DNA of 60,427 nt. Origin: a virus. Lineage: Duplodnaviria > Caudoviricetes. The position numbers were made by a program, and so were the translations under genes. The DNA lies in IMG/VR virus record IMGVR_UViG_3300046171_000156, positions 1-60,427 of that record; one strand, written 5' to 3'. Below, one piece after another: positions 19,751-29,545 of this stretch (its first letter is position 1; every line of letters begins with the position of its first letter). The notes beneath the pieces are model-generated. The model was not told where the DNA came from. It did not search any database and saw only the letters and a list, made by a program, of their open reading frames with translations.

Positions 19751-22700
19751 TGGCTGAAGTTAAATTTAGATTAAACGAAGAATTTACACAAGGTTTAGGT
19801 TTTAAAGAGCCTTTTGACTTCATGATTGAAGATGTCATTACAGGACCTGACGGTAGAAAATATAATATAAAAAATTCTGATTTTCCTCGTAATGAAGCTG
19901 AAAAACAAATGGTTTTGTCAGAAATATTTAAACGTGGAAATAAAGTACAACAAAACACTGGAGCTTTTCCAACAGGTGCGATGGAGTTTTTAAGCACGCA
20001 CGCAGGTGGTGGACCGTCTGCTCAAGCAGAAGCTGAAATTAAAAAAGTTATGGAGACAACGGAGAGAATGTATGAAGATCCGATTGGAACTAAATCTGCT
20101 TTAATGAAATTTGAAGGGCAACAAACACCATACAAAACAACAATGGTAGAAAACCCTTTAGGTAATCTTGCAACTCTTCCTATTAATACAGCAATAGCTG
20201 TGCAAAATTGGATTGCAGGAAGTGAAGAAGGAGGCTTACCTCAGAACGTTGACAATATTATACAAGATGCAATTACGTTTGCTAAAAGACGACTGCCCAC
20301 GGACCCTCAACAATCAGGAAGAATGGGAACTATTATTGCCGCTGACGTAGGATTAATGTTGGCTTTAAAAAAAGCAGGTGTAAGTAACGTATGGCATCCA
20401 GCCTATCAAAACTTCTTAGGTAAAAAAGTTATTGATGGATTAAATAAGGTTCAAGGATCAGGTGTAGTAGGAACGTCAGCTACAGTAGGTGGTGTAAGTG
20501 GAGCTGCTAGTGCAGGTTATGACATGACATACAGTTGGCTAAACAGAATGTATCGTGATGCTAATCCTGTAGCATTTGAAACAAAAGAAAACGGTGAATT
20601 TAAATTAGATAAGCAAGGAAATAAAATACCAAAGCAGCCTTCTGTTACAGAAGATGTCTTAGCAGCTTTACAAACAGCTCAGTATGAAGCATTGTTCTCA
20701 GGTGGAGCAGCCGCTAGTATAGGTATGGGTGGTAAGCTATGGAAAAACTTTGTAAGCAAAGGAACAGGTGTTAATCCTAATGAAAAAAGTGCACAACAAA
20801 TAGGAGAACTAGCACAACAATATAATGTTCCTATGTCTATTATTGCAGCGACACCTAGTGAAGCTGTTAAAGGTTACGCAAGAATAATTGGTATCTTTCC
20901 GTTTGTTGGTGGACCACTTCGTCAGTCACAAGATGCTTCGAAGATGGCAATCAACAGAGAATTAGAAAAAACATTTTTAGAGTTAGCTCCGTATCAAAAA
21001 ACTTTAGACACAGTACAAGGATTAAGTGAAGAAGCATACAAATCTTTTAAAAAGAATTTTGAAAACTTTTCTGGTGCTAAAGCTATTTATTACGAAGCGT
21101 ATGATGATATTGCAGAACAAATTACAGAACCGTTTATTCCAACATCAAGATTAAAAGACTACATTACTTCTATAACAGGTCAAAAAAGAACAGGTGTTCC
21201 TCTTACACAAACAACAACTTTAGATGATGGTCGTTATGTTACTTCAGTAAAAGAAGCTTTTGACGGTTTTGCTGTAGATGATGCAGGTACAGCCATGGCT
21301 GCTATTAAAGTATTAGGGCAGTTACCTGATTATTTAACTGCTTCTGATTTCAGAGAACTGCAGTTTATGATTAACAGTAAGATAAATAAACTTAACACAG
21401 CTACAGGTGGTGTTATACAAGGCTCACAAGATGCTGTCAGTAAAATGCTAGCTAATGCTTCTAAAAACTTACGATCAGATTTAGATGATACAATGAACTG
21501 GAAAGCTATGTCAGGTAAAAACCAGATATTAGCAGAGGTTGGTAAGGAAAGATTACAGTCAGCAAATAATTTCTTCTTTGCTAACAAAGATGATTTTGCT
21601 TCTATATACGAAGGAGCTGGCGCAACAAGAGTAGGTAAAGAAATAGAAACAAAAGTTGATTCAAGATTCTTTCAACCTGGTGCTCCAAAAGCTCCTGGCG
21701 AAATACAGATTGATGAGATGTTTGATTTTATTATGGACAGTGATGTTATTCAAACAAGTTTAAAAGCACAAGAAGAAATGGTCAGACAGTTTGGACCAGA
21801 GACATTTAAAAAACTATCAAGAGGTTGGTTAGACAAACAAATTTCTAAATACACTACTGTATACAACGTACCAACTATTCAACAAAGAAATGTGAATATG
21901 GTTGAGCAAGCAGTTGGTGATGTTACAACAAAGAAAAGAATGACGGGAGTTCCTGGTGCAATGTTTGAAGCACAGCCAGGTGTTTCCGCAGGCATACCTA
22001 TTATTGATGTAGAAGGTTTACGCGCTGCTCTTGGTTTAACAAAAAATATACCTACCATGGGAGGTATGGAAGCTAGATCTACTTCTCTTGCTATGGAGAA
22101 CATGTTTAGTTTAATGGGTCCAGAAGGTAAGGCAGCTTATAAAAAGATTGATGACTTACTAACATTAGCAGAGAGAACACAAAGTTTTGATGTTGCTGAT
22201 GTATCTTCCTTTGTACAACGTCGTGGTGTACTTGGTGGTGCAAAAGCAGCAGCTGGTGCATTTACATTTGGTATGGGTATTGCAAATCCAATTAGTGCTC
22301 TCGGCACCGTATTGCTTGCAAGAGGAATGTCAAAATATTTGACAAGCCCTAAAGCATATAAAAATTTAATGACAGGATTAGATGATAGTGTTAGCCCTGC
22401 TCTTCGTCGAAATGCAATATTTGAAGTAGTTCGATTAATAGATGATGAAGTAGGATTTGATAGTACCAAAGGTCAAGTATCAACATCTCCCATTATGGTA
22501 GGTGGCACAGAAGACAGATACATTGTAAGAAATGCTCCTGAAGGAGAAGGTGCACGAAGAGATGCAAAGAAAAAAATACTTGGTGTTGAAGAATACTACG
22601 GTAAAAAACTCGATGCTTTGACAGTGCCAGAAGTACTAGACTACTTTGTTCACAACACTAACTTACTACAAAACAAAGCACACGCAGCTACAGTAAAGTT

Positions 22701-23322
22701 AGGTATTGATCCTAAAACTGGACAAGTCGTAACAGAATCAAAAGGTGGAGGACAAGGTGGTTCACAGTTTGATCAACAACAACAGATGTTAAAAAATATT
22801 GATCCAACTAAAAAATTAGCAACAGATGTATTTGGTTCTGATGGTAATCTTGTTAGTGATTACGCAAAACAAAAAGTAGCAATGGATAATTTATCAAGCA
22901 TGCAAGGTGCGTTTCAAGGTCAAACAGGTCTTGTCACTGACCAACGAATAAATCAAAGAGCTGGTAGAGCTGGTGGCACTAGAGAGATATACACGCCAAC
23001 GAACAAACCTAATCCTTTTTTATCGGGTATGGGTAAAGCATTTAACTTTATGACAGGTAATACTCCTAATCAAATTGCTAATAAACAGGCTATGGAGAAC
23101 AGTGCAATTGCTCCTTATCTCCCTAGCACTTTAGCAAAACAAGGATTTAATAAAGGTAAAAATATAATAGGAGGCTTGTTTAATCAGGCTAACACGAATC
23201 GATTAAACGAAGCACAGAGACAAGCACTAGCTGCAGGTAATCTTGATGCAGCGATCGCGGCTCGCGGAACACGAAGATTTAAAGATGGTGGCATAGCAAA
23301 CATTAAAAGAAAGGTATTATAA
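19750..23322 (+). CDS. Large internal virion/ejection protein
   Basis: 1190 aa with glycine-rich hydrophobic stretches; C-terminal FKDGGIA tag. Confidence 0.55.
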   Translation: MAEVKFRLNEEFTQGLGFKEPFDFMIEDVITGPDGRKYNIKNSDFPRNEAEKQMVLSEIFKRGNKVQQNTGAFPTGAMEFLSTHAGGGPSAQAEAEIKKVMETTERMYEDPIGTKSALMKFEGQQTPYKTTMVENPLGNLATLPINTAIAVQNWIAGSEEGGLPQNVDNIIQDAITFAKRRLPTDPQQSGRMGTIIAADVGLMLALKKAGVSNVWHPAYQNFLGKKVIDGLNKVQGSGVVGTSATVGGVSGAASAGYDMTYSWLNRMYRDANPVAFETKENGEFKLDKQGNKIPKQPSVTEDVLAALQTAQYEALFSGGAAASIGMGGKLWKNFVSKGTGVNPNEKSAQQIGELAQQYNVPMSIIAATPSEAVKGYARIIGIFPFVGGPLRQSQDASKMAINRELEKTFLELAPYQKTLDTVQGLSEEAYKSFKKNFENFSGAKAIYYEAYDDIAEQITEPFIPTSRLKDYITSITGQKRTGVPLTQTTTLDDGRYVTSVKEAFDGFAVDDAGTAMAAIKVLGQLPDYLTASDFRELQFMINSKINKLNTATGGVIQGSQDAVSKMLANASKNLRSDLDDTMNWKAMSGKNQILAEVGKERLQSANNFFFANKDDFASIYEGAGATRVGKEIETKVDSRFFQPGAPKAPGEIQIDEMFDFIMDSDVIQTSLKAQEEMVRQFGPETFKKLSRGWLDKQISKYTTVYNVPTIQQRNVNMVEQAVGDVTTKKRMTGVPGAMFEAQPGVSAGIPIIDVEGLRAALGLTKNIPTMGGMEARSTSLAMENMFSLMGPEGKAAYKKIDDLLTLAERTQSFDVADVSSFVQRRGVLGGAKAAAGAFTFGMGIANPISALGTVLLARGMSKYLTSPKAYKNLMTGLDDSVSPALRRNAIFEVVRLIDDEVGFDSTKGQVSTSPIMVGGTEDRYIVRNAPEGEGARRDAKKKILGVEEYYGKKLDALTVPEVLDYFVHNTNLLQNKAHAATVKLGIDPKTGQVVTESKGGGQGGSQFDQQQQMLKNIDPTKKLATDVFGSDGNLVSDYAKQKVAMDNLSSMQGAFQGQTGLVTDQRINQRAGRAGGTREIYTPTNKPNPFLSGMGKAFNFMTGNTPNQIANKQAMENSAIAPYLPSTLAKQGFNKGKNIIGGLFNQANTNRLNEAQRQALAAGNLDAAIAARGTRRFKDGGIANIKRKVL

Positions 23323-24560
23323 TGTCACACGCACCATGGCATAGCGGCGGCGGAACATACACGGGAGCACATGAAGACTTTGATGCAAACAAAGGATACA
23401 CAGGCTCTGTTTCACAATCTGGTAATAGTGGTGGTAATGATTATTCAGGAGACACAATATTAGAAGATATTGATCAAGCACAAGGTGGTTTAGATATAGA
23501 TAATTTAGTCGCCAATAAAGATAAATATCAATATTTATATTTAGACCCTAACGATCCTAGAAACGAATATCAAAAAATGATGCATGCTCTTAAAACAGGG
23601 GGCACCTATACTTCTCCAGGAGGAATTATTCCTAACAACTTAATGGGATTACCTAAAGGAATAAATCAAGGTCAACAGATAGGCGGTATGTCAGTAACAG
23701 GAAATGAATTTACTCAAGATGCTTACAAAGACAAGTTTCCAAATCCTTTGGTTAAAATAGCAGGAGGTATTGCAGATGCTTATCAACAGTTTTCTCCGAT
23801 GGCTCAAATCATGAAAGGTTTAGGAAATGCTAAAACCATGGCAAAAGATGTTACAAAGCCAGTAGTAGATACAACAAAAGATGTTGTTGAGTCAATAAAA
23901 GAATTTGCTTTAAGTGGTCCTAATGAAATTGTTGAAGAAAGTGAAACAGAACGTGAATTTTATAATCTTCCTGATAGTAATTTTAATATTCATACTATGA
24001 AAAAAGGCGGTATTGTTCACGCAGCCGACGGCGTGTTTGCTGAGTCAGAGACAATAGAAATGCCATTAACATTACCAGAAATTAAACGACACAGAAAAAA
24101 ATTAGAAGCAGGTTTTCAATATGATATTGAAGTAGATGGTAGAAATCAATCGTTTAGTTTTGACGAACAGATTGGTCCTTCAGGTATTGCAGCATTAAGA
24201 GAAAGAGAAAACATTACTCCTTTTGACACAGGATTAAATATGTATGGCGGTGGTCAATTTGCGGAAGGTAATACACCTGAAGCTAGACAAGCATTAGAAG
24301 TATTAAGAAGTATAGATCCTAATCAACCTGGAAACTTTCATATGCAAGGTGGCACAGCGTTAGAGTATAAAGCTAATGGTGGGTACATGAGTTCTTTTCC
24401 TAATCAAAATTTAAACAAAGAGTCTTTGTCTGCAAGTGATAACATTGATGATCGTATTATGAAAAACTTAGAGTTTGAAAAAATGGCACCAGGTATGATG
24501 GGTTACAATATGGGTGGTGTTGTTGAACCAGTAGCACCAGACTTTACAACAGGGATATAA
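23322..24560 (+). CDS. Hypothetical low-complexity protein with three GG tags
   Basis: 412 aa; MKKGGIV, KANGGYM, YNMGGVV. Confidence 0.55.
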   Translation: MSHAPWHSGGGTYTGAHEDFDANKGYTGSVSQSGNSGGNDYSGDTILEDIDQAQGGLDIDNLVANKDKYQYLYLDPNDPRNEYQKMMHALKTGGTYTSPGGIIPNNLMGLPKGINQGQQIGGMSVTGNEFTQDAYKDKFPNPLVKIAGGIADAYQQFSPMAQIMKGLGNAKTMAKDVTKPVVDTTKDVVESIKEFALSGPNEIVEESETEREFYNLPDSNFNIHTMKKGGIVHAADGVFAESETIEMPLTLPEIKRHRKKLEAGFQYDIEVDGRNQSFSFDEQIGPSGIAALRERENITPFDTGLNMYGGGQFAEGNTPEARQALEVLRSIDPNQPGNFHMQGGTALEYKANGGYMSSFPNQNLNKESLSASDNIDDRIMKNLEFEKMAPGMMGYNMGGVVEPVAPDFTTGI

Positions 24561-24763
24561 TGGATAATAGTCTTAAAAATATTATTTGGGTCGGATTAAT
24601 CTTAATAACCGCAGGCGCAACTTACGGAATGATGTCAACACGACTACAAGCAGTTGAATCAAAACAAGTGCAACTAGAAGCAATAATATTATCAGACATC
24701 CCAGAAATAAAAGAACGAGTAATAAGACTCGAAGTGTTGCTCGAAAGAGCATTAGCCGAATAA
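24560..24763 (+). CDS. Small membrane protein with coiled coil
   Basis: One TM segment then heptad repeats. Confidence 0.55.
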   Translation: MDNSLKNIIWVGLILITAGATYGMMSTRLQAVESKQVQLEAIILSDIPEIKERVIRLEVLLERALAE

Positions 24764-26188
24764 AATCTTTTTAGGGTCTTCCCCCATAACTTGACTAGCA
24801 AGATCTATTTTTGCATTTAATGCTTTAACAATCTTTTCATCTATTGTGTGATCTGTTATTAAGTCAACATATGTCACTTTCGATGTTTGCCCTATTCTAT
24901 GCGCTCGGTCTTCTGATTGTAATCGTACTTCTAATGAGTAATCGTTAGAATAATACACAACAGTGTGAGAAGAAGTAAGAGTGAGACCATAGCCTCCTGT
25001 TTTGGGATTTCCGACAAAAAATCGTAAAGGATCATCAGCATCCATAAACCTATCAACAATAGACTGACGTAAATTGTCTTTTGTATCCCCGTAATATGTT
25101 GCAACACTTTCTTTACCATACTTCTCTCCTAATATTTTTTCTATTGCTTGTATATCATATCGGTACACGGCCCAGATAATAACCTTACCATCTGTCTCTT
25201 CAAGTACCTCTAATAGTTCTTTTATGCGATTGCTCTTGATTGATTTGACTTCACCGTCATCCGTTTTAACATGACCACAAATTATTTGATGTAACCGTAT
25301 CATTTGTGTCAAAACAGAGGCTGCCGTCATCACATTTTCCTCAAAGAACGTTATTGCCGCTTTTTTCATCTCTGAGTAAGCTTTTACCTGTTCGCTGGTC
25401 AATGACACAGACCGCTTCGTATAAACCTTCTCAGGTAGGTCTAAACAGGCACTTTTTAAGACACGAGTCGAAAAATTTTTGATTTTTTCCTGTAATTCGT
25501 CTAATCGTTGGTATTTGACAATGTGTTGAAAAGAATGTGTCCCAACACTACGTTGAACGACAACAGCATACCTTGCACGGAAGCTGTAGTACGATTGTTG
25601 GTCCAACAACCACGGATCAAGGAACTGAACTTGCGAAAACAAATCAAGTGGTGACTTCGTAACAGGTGATCCTGTCATGATGCGTCTGTATTTAGAATGC
25701 TTTGCTAATTTTAAAATGTTTTTTGTACGTTGTGCTGAATGATTTTTAATGGTGGTTGATTCATCTACACATACTAGCGTTTGATTCTTCAGTAAAAACT
25801 TATACGCAAAGTCATAACCACGCTTTGTAGATAATGCTTCGATGTTCATAATGAAAACGGTTAAGTCATCAGTGATCACGGACAACTGCTCAAGCTCTGT
25901 CTTCTCTTCCTTCTTAGGAGAAGCAGACCACACAGCTACTCGGTAATTAATATGATCGGCTAAATGTATACCTAATTCATTACGCCAGTTACGTTTGATA
26001 CCATTAGGTACAATAATCAACGCTGAGTTTATTTTGCCTTTGTCAAACAAAATAGCGATGTTATCAATGCATACTTTAGTCTTACCAGTACCCATTTCCA
26101 TAAATAATGCCCACACTTCTTTGTTCCAACTAGCTGACAATGCGTCTAATTGATGTTGAAAAGGCTTCGTTTTAAATCTATAATCCAT
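24752..26188 (-). CDS. SNF2-family helicase
   Basis: MEMGTGKT Walker A, VDEST, MTGSP, QSEDRAHRIGQ. Confidence 0.9.
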   Translation of the reverse strand: MDYRFKTKPFQHQLDALSASWNKEVWALFMEMGTGKTKVCIDNIAILFDKGKINSALIIVPNGIKRNWRNELGIHLADHINYRVAVWSASPKKEEKTELEQLSVITDDLTVFIMNIEALSTKRGYDFAYKFLLKNQTLVCVDESTTIKNHSAQRTKNILKLAKHSKYRRIMTGSPVTKSPLDLFSQVQFLDPWLLDQQSYYSFRARYAVVVQRSVGTHSFQHIVKYQRLDELQEKIKNFSTRVLKSACLDLPEKVYTKRSVSLTSEQVKAYSEMKKAAITFFEENVMTAASVLTQMIRLHQIICGHVKTDDGEVKSIKSNRIKELLEVLEETDGKVIIWAVYRYDIQAIEKILGEKYGKESVATYYGDTKDNLRQSIVDRFMDADDPLRFFVGNPKTGGYGLTLTSSHTVVYYSNDYSLEVRLQSEDRAHRIGQTSKVTYVDLITDHTIDEKIVKALNAKIDLASQVMGEDPKKILFG

Positions 26189-26259
26189 AATAACTTTCTA
26201 AAAGAGCAATATAATACTTGCTTATATAAATTACAAGAGATAAAGGAGAAATTAGAAAG

Positions 26260-26631
26260 ATGGAATTTAAAAAAGAAAAACAGGATAAAAAACCTACTGT
26301 ATTTTTAGTACAGGAAAACCCGTATATAAACGTGTTAAGTGCACAGGAGTATGGGGATATTGTTTTATTGTTTGAAAGTGGTCAACAAATTATGTTTAGT
26401 CCACAGCCTGCGATAAAAAAACTTCGCAGAAAACTCAAAGATTTCGATGATAATGACTATCTTTTGATGATGGGTGATCCAGCAGCAATGGGTATTGCAT
26501 GTTGTATTGCTTCTGATATGAATAGAGGTAGATTTAAAATACTGAAATGGGATAAGATTCAAAAGAAATATTATTCTGTTAGTATTAACATTAATGAGAA
26601 AGGCGAAATAGATGAGCAAGATAAACTTTGA
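26260..26631 (+). CDS. Conserved hypothetical protein of replication operon
   Basis: 123 aa, divergent from SNF2 gene. Confidence 0.6.
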   Translation: MEFKKEKQDKKPTVFLVQENPYINVLSAQEYGDIVLLFESGQQIMFSPQPAIKKLRRKLKDFDDNDYLLMMGDPAAMGIACCIASDMNRGRFKILKWDKIQKKYYSVSININEKGEIDEQDKL

Positions 26632-27169
26632 AGGCGACGCAGTAGCTAACTTAGAACAAACAGGTTTAGAATCTGTAGCAGAATTACTTAGAGAACAGCT
26701 ACGTTTAGAGAGTGTCATAGCAGACACGGAAGAACAATTAAAAGGTTACAAAGAACATTTACGCAAATTATCTGGTGAAACAATACCAGAAAAAATGGCA
26801 GAACTAGGCATGACATCAACAGAGATGTATGATGGATCAAAGGTACAAGTAGTAGAAGACATTTATGTATCTATACCTAAAGATCCAAGTAAATCTAAAG
26901 CATGTTATGAATGGCTAGAAGACAACGGTTTAGGAGACATTATTAAAAATAGTGTCGGTATAAGTTTCGGTAAGGGTGAGAGCAATATGGCAACACATTT
27001 GCAAGAAACCATCAAAGAGATGGGTCTCATACCTGAAGTAAAAGTTTCAGTGCATCCTTCAACACTGAAAGCTACTATTAAGAAGTGGCATGAAGAAGGA
27101 AAATCTGTCCCAGACAATACTTTTAGTTTGTTTATCGGACAGAAAACAAAAATAACCAAGAAAAAATAA
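26612..27169 (+). CDS. Conserved phage replication-region protein
   Basis: IPEKMAELG...WLEDNGLGDIIK...VHPSTLKA pattern; lies before SSB. Confidence 0.6.
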   Translation: MSKINFEGDAVANLEQTGLESVAELLREQLRLESVIADTEEQLKGYKEHLRKLSGETIPEKMAELGMTSTEMYDGSKVQVVEDIYVSIPKDPSKSKACYEWLEDNGLGDIIKNSVGISFGKGESNMATHLQETIKEMGLIPEVKVSVHPSTLKATIKKWHEEGKSVPDNTFSLFIGQKTKITKKK

Positions 27170-27178
27170 GGAGTAAAT

Positions 27179-27961
27179 ATGGCAAACGCTGTAAAGAAAA
27201 AAGACGAAAATAACGTAGTTGCTTTCGATCCTAGCATGTTTGAACAAGATGCTAACAAGGGATTGGGCAATCTGGGAATGGACGATCTTGCAATACCTTT
27301 TCTTCGTATACTGAGTGATACATCACCACAGATTAAGAAAAGAGATCCTCTCTACATAGAGGGAGCGGAAAGTGGAATGATCTACAATACGCTAACAAAA
27401 GAAATATACGACGGGGAGCAAGGCGTAAGTGTAATACCTTGTGCTTATCAACGTCAGTATATTGAATGGACAGATAGAGGCGAGGGCAGTGGTGCTCCTG
27501 TTAATATCTACCCTGCAGAGAGTGATATATTGTCTAAAACTACAAGAGATGAGCAGAGAAAAGATAGGTTATCTAATGGTAACTATATCGAAGATACTGC
27601 GAATCATTACTGCCTGGTCATTGGCAAGGACGGAACTTCCTCCCAAGTCCTGATTGCAATGAAAAGCACCCAACGTAAGAAATCCAAAAGATGGAACTCT
27701 CTTATGTTGGGGCTTAAATTGAAGGGGGCAAACGGATTGTTTACACCTCCTTCATACTCACACGTCTACAAACTTAAAACATTAGCAGAGTCTAATAATT
27801 TAGGTGAGTGGTTCGGATGGGATGTATCCAGAGTAGGACCTGTAGAAGACGTTGACATTTATCAAGCTGCAAAAGCTTTTGCTGATAGCGTAGCTAAAGG
27901 CGAAGTTAAAGTTAAGCATGAAGATGAGAGCGTTGACAATGGTGAAAAAACACCTTACTAA
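27179..27961 (+). CDS. Putative single-stranded DNA-binding protein
   Basis: DLAIPFL...SPQ...MKSTQ.KKSKRWNS, acidic tail ending in PY; between helicase and primase. Confidence 0.55.
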   Translation: MANAVKKKDENNVVAFDPSMFEQDANKGLGNLGMDDLAIPFLRILSDTSPQIKKRDPLYIEGAESGMIYNTLTKEIYDGEQGVSVIPCAYQRQYIEWTDRGEGSGAPVNIYPAESDILSKTTRDEQRKDRLSNGNYIEDTANHYCLVIGKDGTSSQVLIAMKSTQRKKSKRWNSLMLGLKLKGANGLFTPPSYSHVYKLKTLAESNNLGEWFGWDVSRVGPVEDVDIYQAAKAFADSVAKGEVKVKHEDESVDNGEKTPY

Positions 27962-27970
27962 AAAACTTAC

Positions 27971-27995
27971 AAGGGGCAACCGCCGTTGCCCCTTT
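27971..27995 (+). terminator. Intrinsic terminator/attenuator hairpin
   Basis: AAGGGGCAAC-cgcc-GTTGCCCCTT-T. Confidence 0.65.
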
Positions 27996-28018
27996 AAAAT
28001 TATGAATGAGAAAGATTT

Positions 28019-29545
28019 ATGGACGACCAGAACAAGTTTATTGAAATATTTACAGGCTTAGACCGAGCATACGGTCAGACACAAAGTCGTGAAAAGAATG
28101 AAGCGGGCAAACTAGAAGGCCGCTCTTGGTTAGTTAAAGAACCAATTACAAGAGACAAATGGATTAATCACTTAGAAGGTAAAGAACCATCCCTTGGTAT
28201 CATACCAATTGATGACAACAACCAATGCAAGTGGGGCGCTATCGACATAGATACGTACGATGGCTTTGATTATAAAAAACTAATTACAAAAATTGTCGAA
28301 AAGAAATTACCACTGGTTGTGTGTAAATCAAAAAGCGGGGGTGCTCATGTATTCTTATTTGTAAGTGAACCAGTGCTTGCCAAGCAAATGCAAATAAAAT
28401 TAAAAGAGATAGCTGTATTTTTAGGCTATGGTGATTGTGAGATATTTCCAAAGCAAATTGAATTGAACTCAAAAGGTACAGGCAACTTTTTAAACTTGCC
28501 ATATAACCATCCAGAGTTTCCCACAAGGTATGCGTTTGACGATAAAGGTAATGCATTGATTGAATTGGGTATGTTTATAAAGCATTATGAAACGAAAGTC
28601 GTATCGAATCTCGGCATGGTGGTTATCGACAAACCGATTACCGCAAAAAAGAATGATGACTTTAAAGGTGCTCCTCCGTGTCTAGTGACACTAGCATCAC
28701 AGGGCTTTCCTGAAGGCTCACGGAACATGGCTCTGTTTCAATTAGGTATTTATTTACGTGAAAGATTTCCTGAAAAGTTAGAAGAAAAATTAGATTACTA
28801 CAACTCTAAATATTTTACACCACCTCTGCCAAGCAGAGAAGTGTTAACGATATTTAAACAAGTAGAAGATAAAAAATATTTTTATCGCTGTGAAGAACCA
28901 ATGTTTAAAACAGTGTGTGAGAAAATTAAATGTCAGTCACAAAAGTTTGGCATTGGTAATTCAGCAACGAATGAGATTAGTGGTCTAAAGAAATGGGTAT
29001 CCGATAATCCTGTGTATGAACTAACGCACAATGGTAAGGTTATTATCTTGACGGTAGATCAGTTATCAAGTCATGCAGAGTACAGGAAGCAATGTATAGC
29101 GCAAGCGAATGAAAGCCCACGGCCCGTGGCTCCTGCTATTTGGGCAGACATGGTGCAAACACTACTGAGCAATATGCAAGAAGATGACTTCATACAACTA
29201 CCAGGCGAGGTAACAGCGAAGGGTCAATTCTTAAATCAATTGCAAATATTTATAGAGAACAACAGAGGGGCAAAGGATAGACAAGACGTACTACAAGGTA
29301 TGGTTTTTGAATTAAAAGATAATTATTTCTTTAAACCTCAAGCATTTAGAGACTTTTTAAAAACAAAAAGATTTACGAAAGCATCTGATTCAGAGCAGTA
29401 TAAAATGTTTGAAGAGTTTAAGGGTACAACAGCTAAGTTAAAAGTTAACAGTAACGTTGAGCATTGTTGGAAGATACCAACAACTGTATCAGAGTCTGAG
29501 TATAGACTTAGTAAGAAAGACTTTAGTGAAGAGGAGGCATACTAA
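28019..29545 (+). CDS. AEP-type primase with PriCT-like domain
   Basis: WGAIDID, KSKSGGAH catalytic motifs; PPC...EGSRN. Confidence 0.75.
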   Translation: MDDQNKFIEIFTGLDRAYGQTQSREKNEAGKLEGRSWLVKEPITRDKWINHLEGKEPSLGIIPIDDNNQCKWGAIDIDTYDGFDYKKLITKIVEKKLPLVVCKSKSGGAHVFLFVSEPVLAKQMQIKLKEIAVFLGYGDCEIFPKQIELNSKGTGNFLNLPYNHPEFPTRYAFDDKGNALIELGMFIKHYETKVVSNLGMVVIDKPITAKKNDDFKGAPPCLVTLASQGFPEGSRNMALFQLGIYLRERFPEKLEEKLDYYNSKYFTPPLPSREVLTIFKQVEDKKYFYRCEEPMFKTVCEKIKCQSQKFGIGNSATNEISGLKKWVSDNPVYELTHNGKVIILTVDQLSSHAEYRKQCIAQANESPRPVAPAIWADMVQTLLSNMQEDDFIQLPGEVTAKGQFLNQLQIFIENNRGAKDRQDVLQGMVFELKDNYFFKPQAFRDFLKTKRFTKASDSEQYKMFEEFKGTTAKLKVNSNVEHCWKIPTTVSESEYRLSKKDFSEEEAY

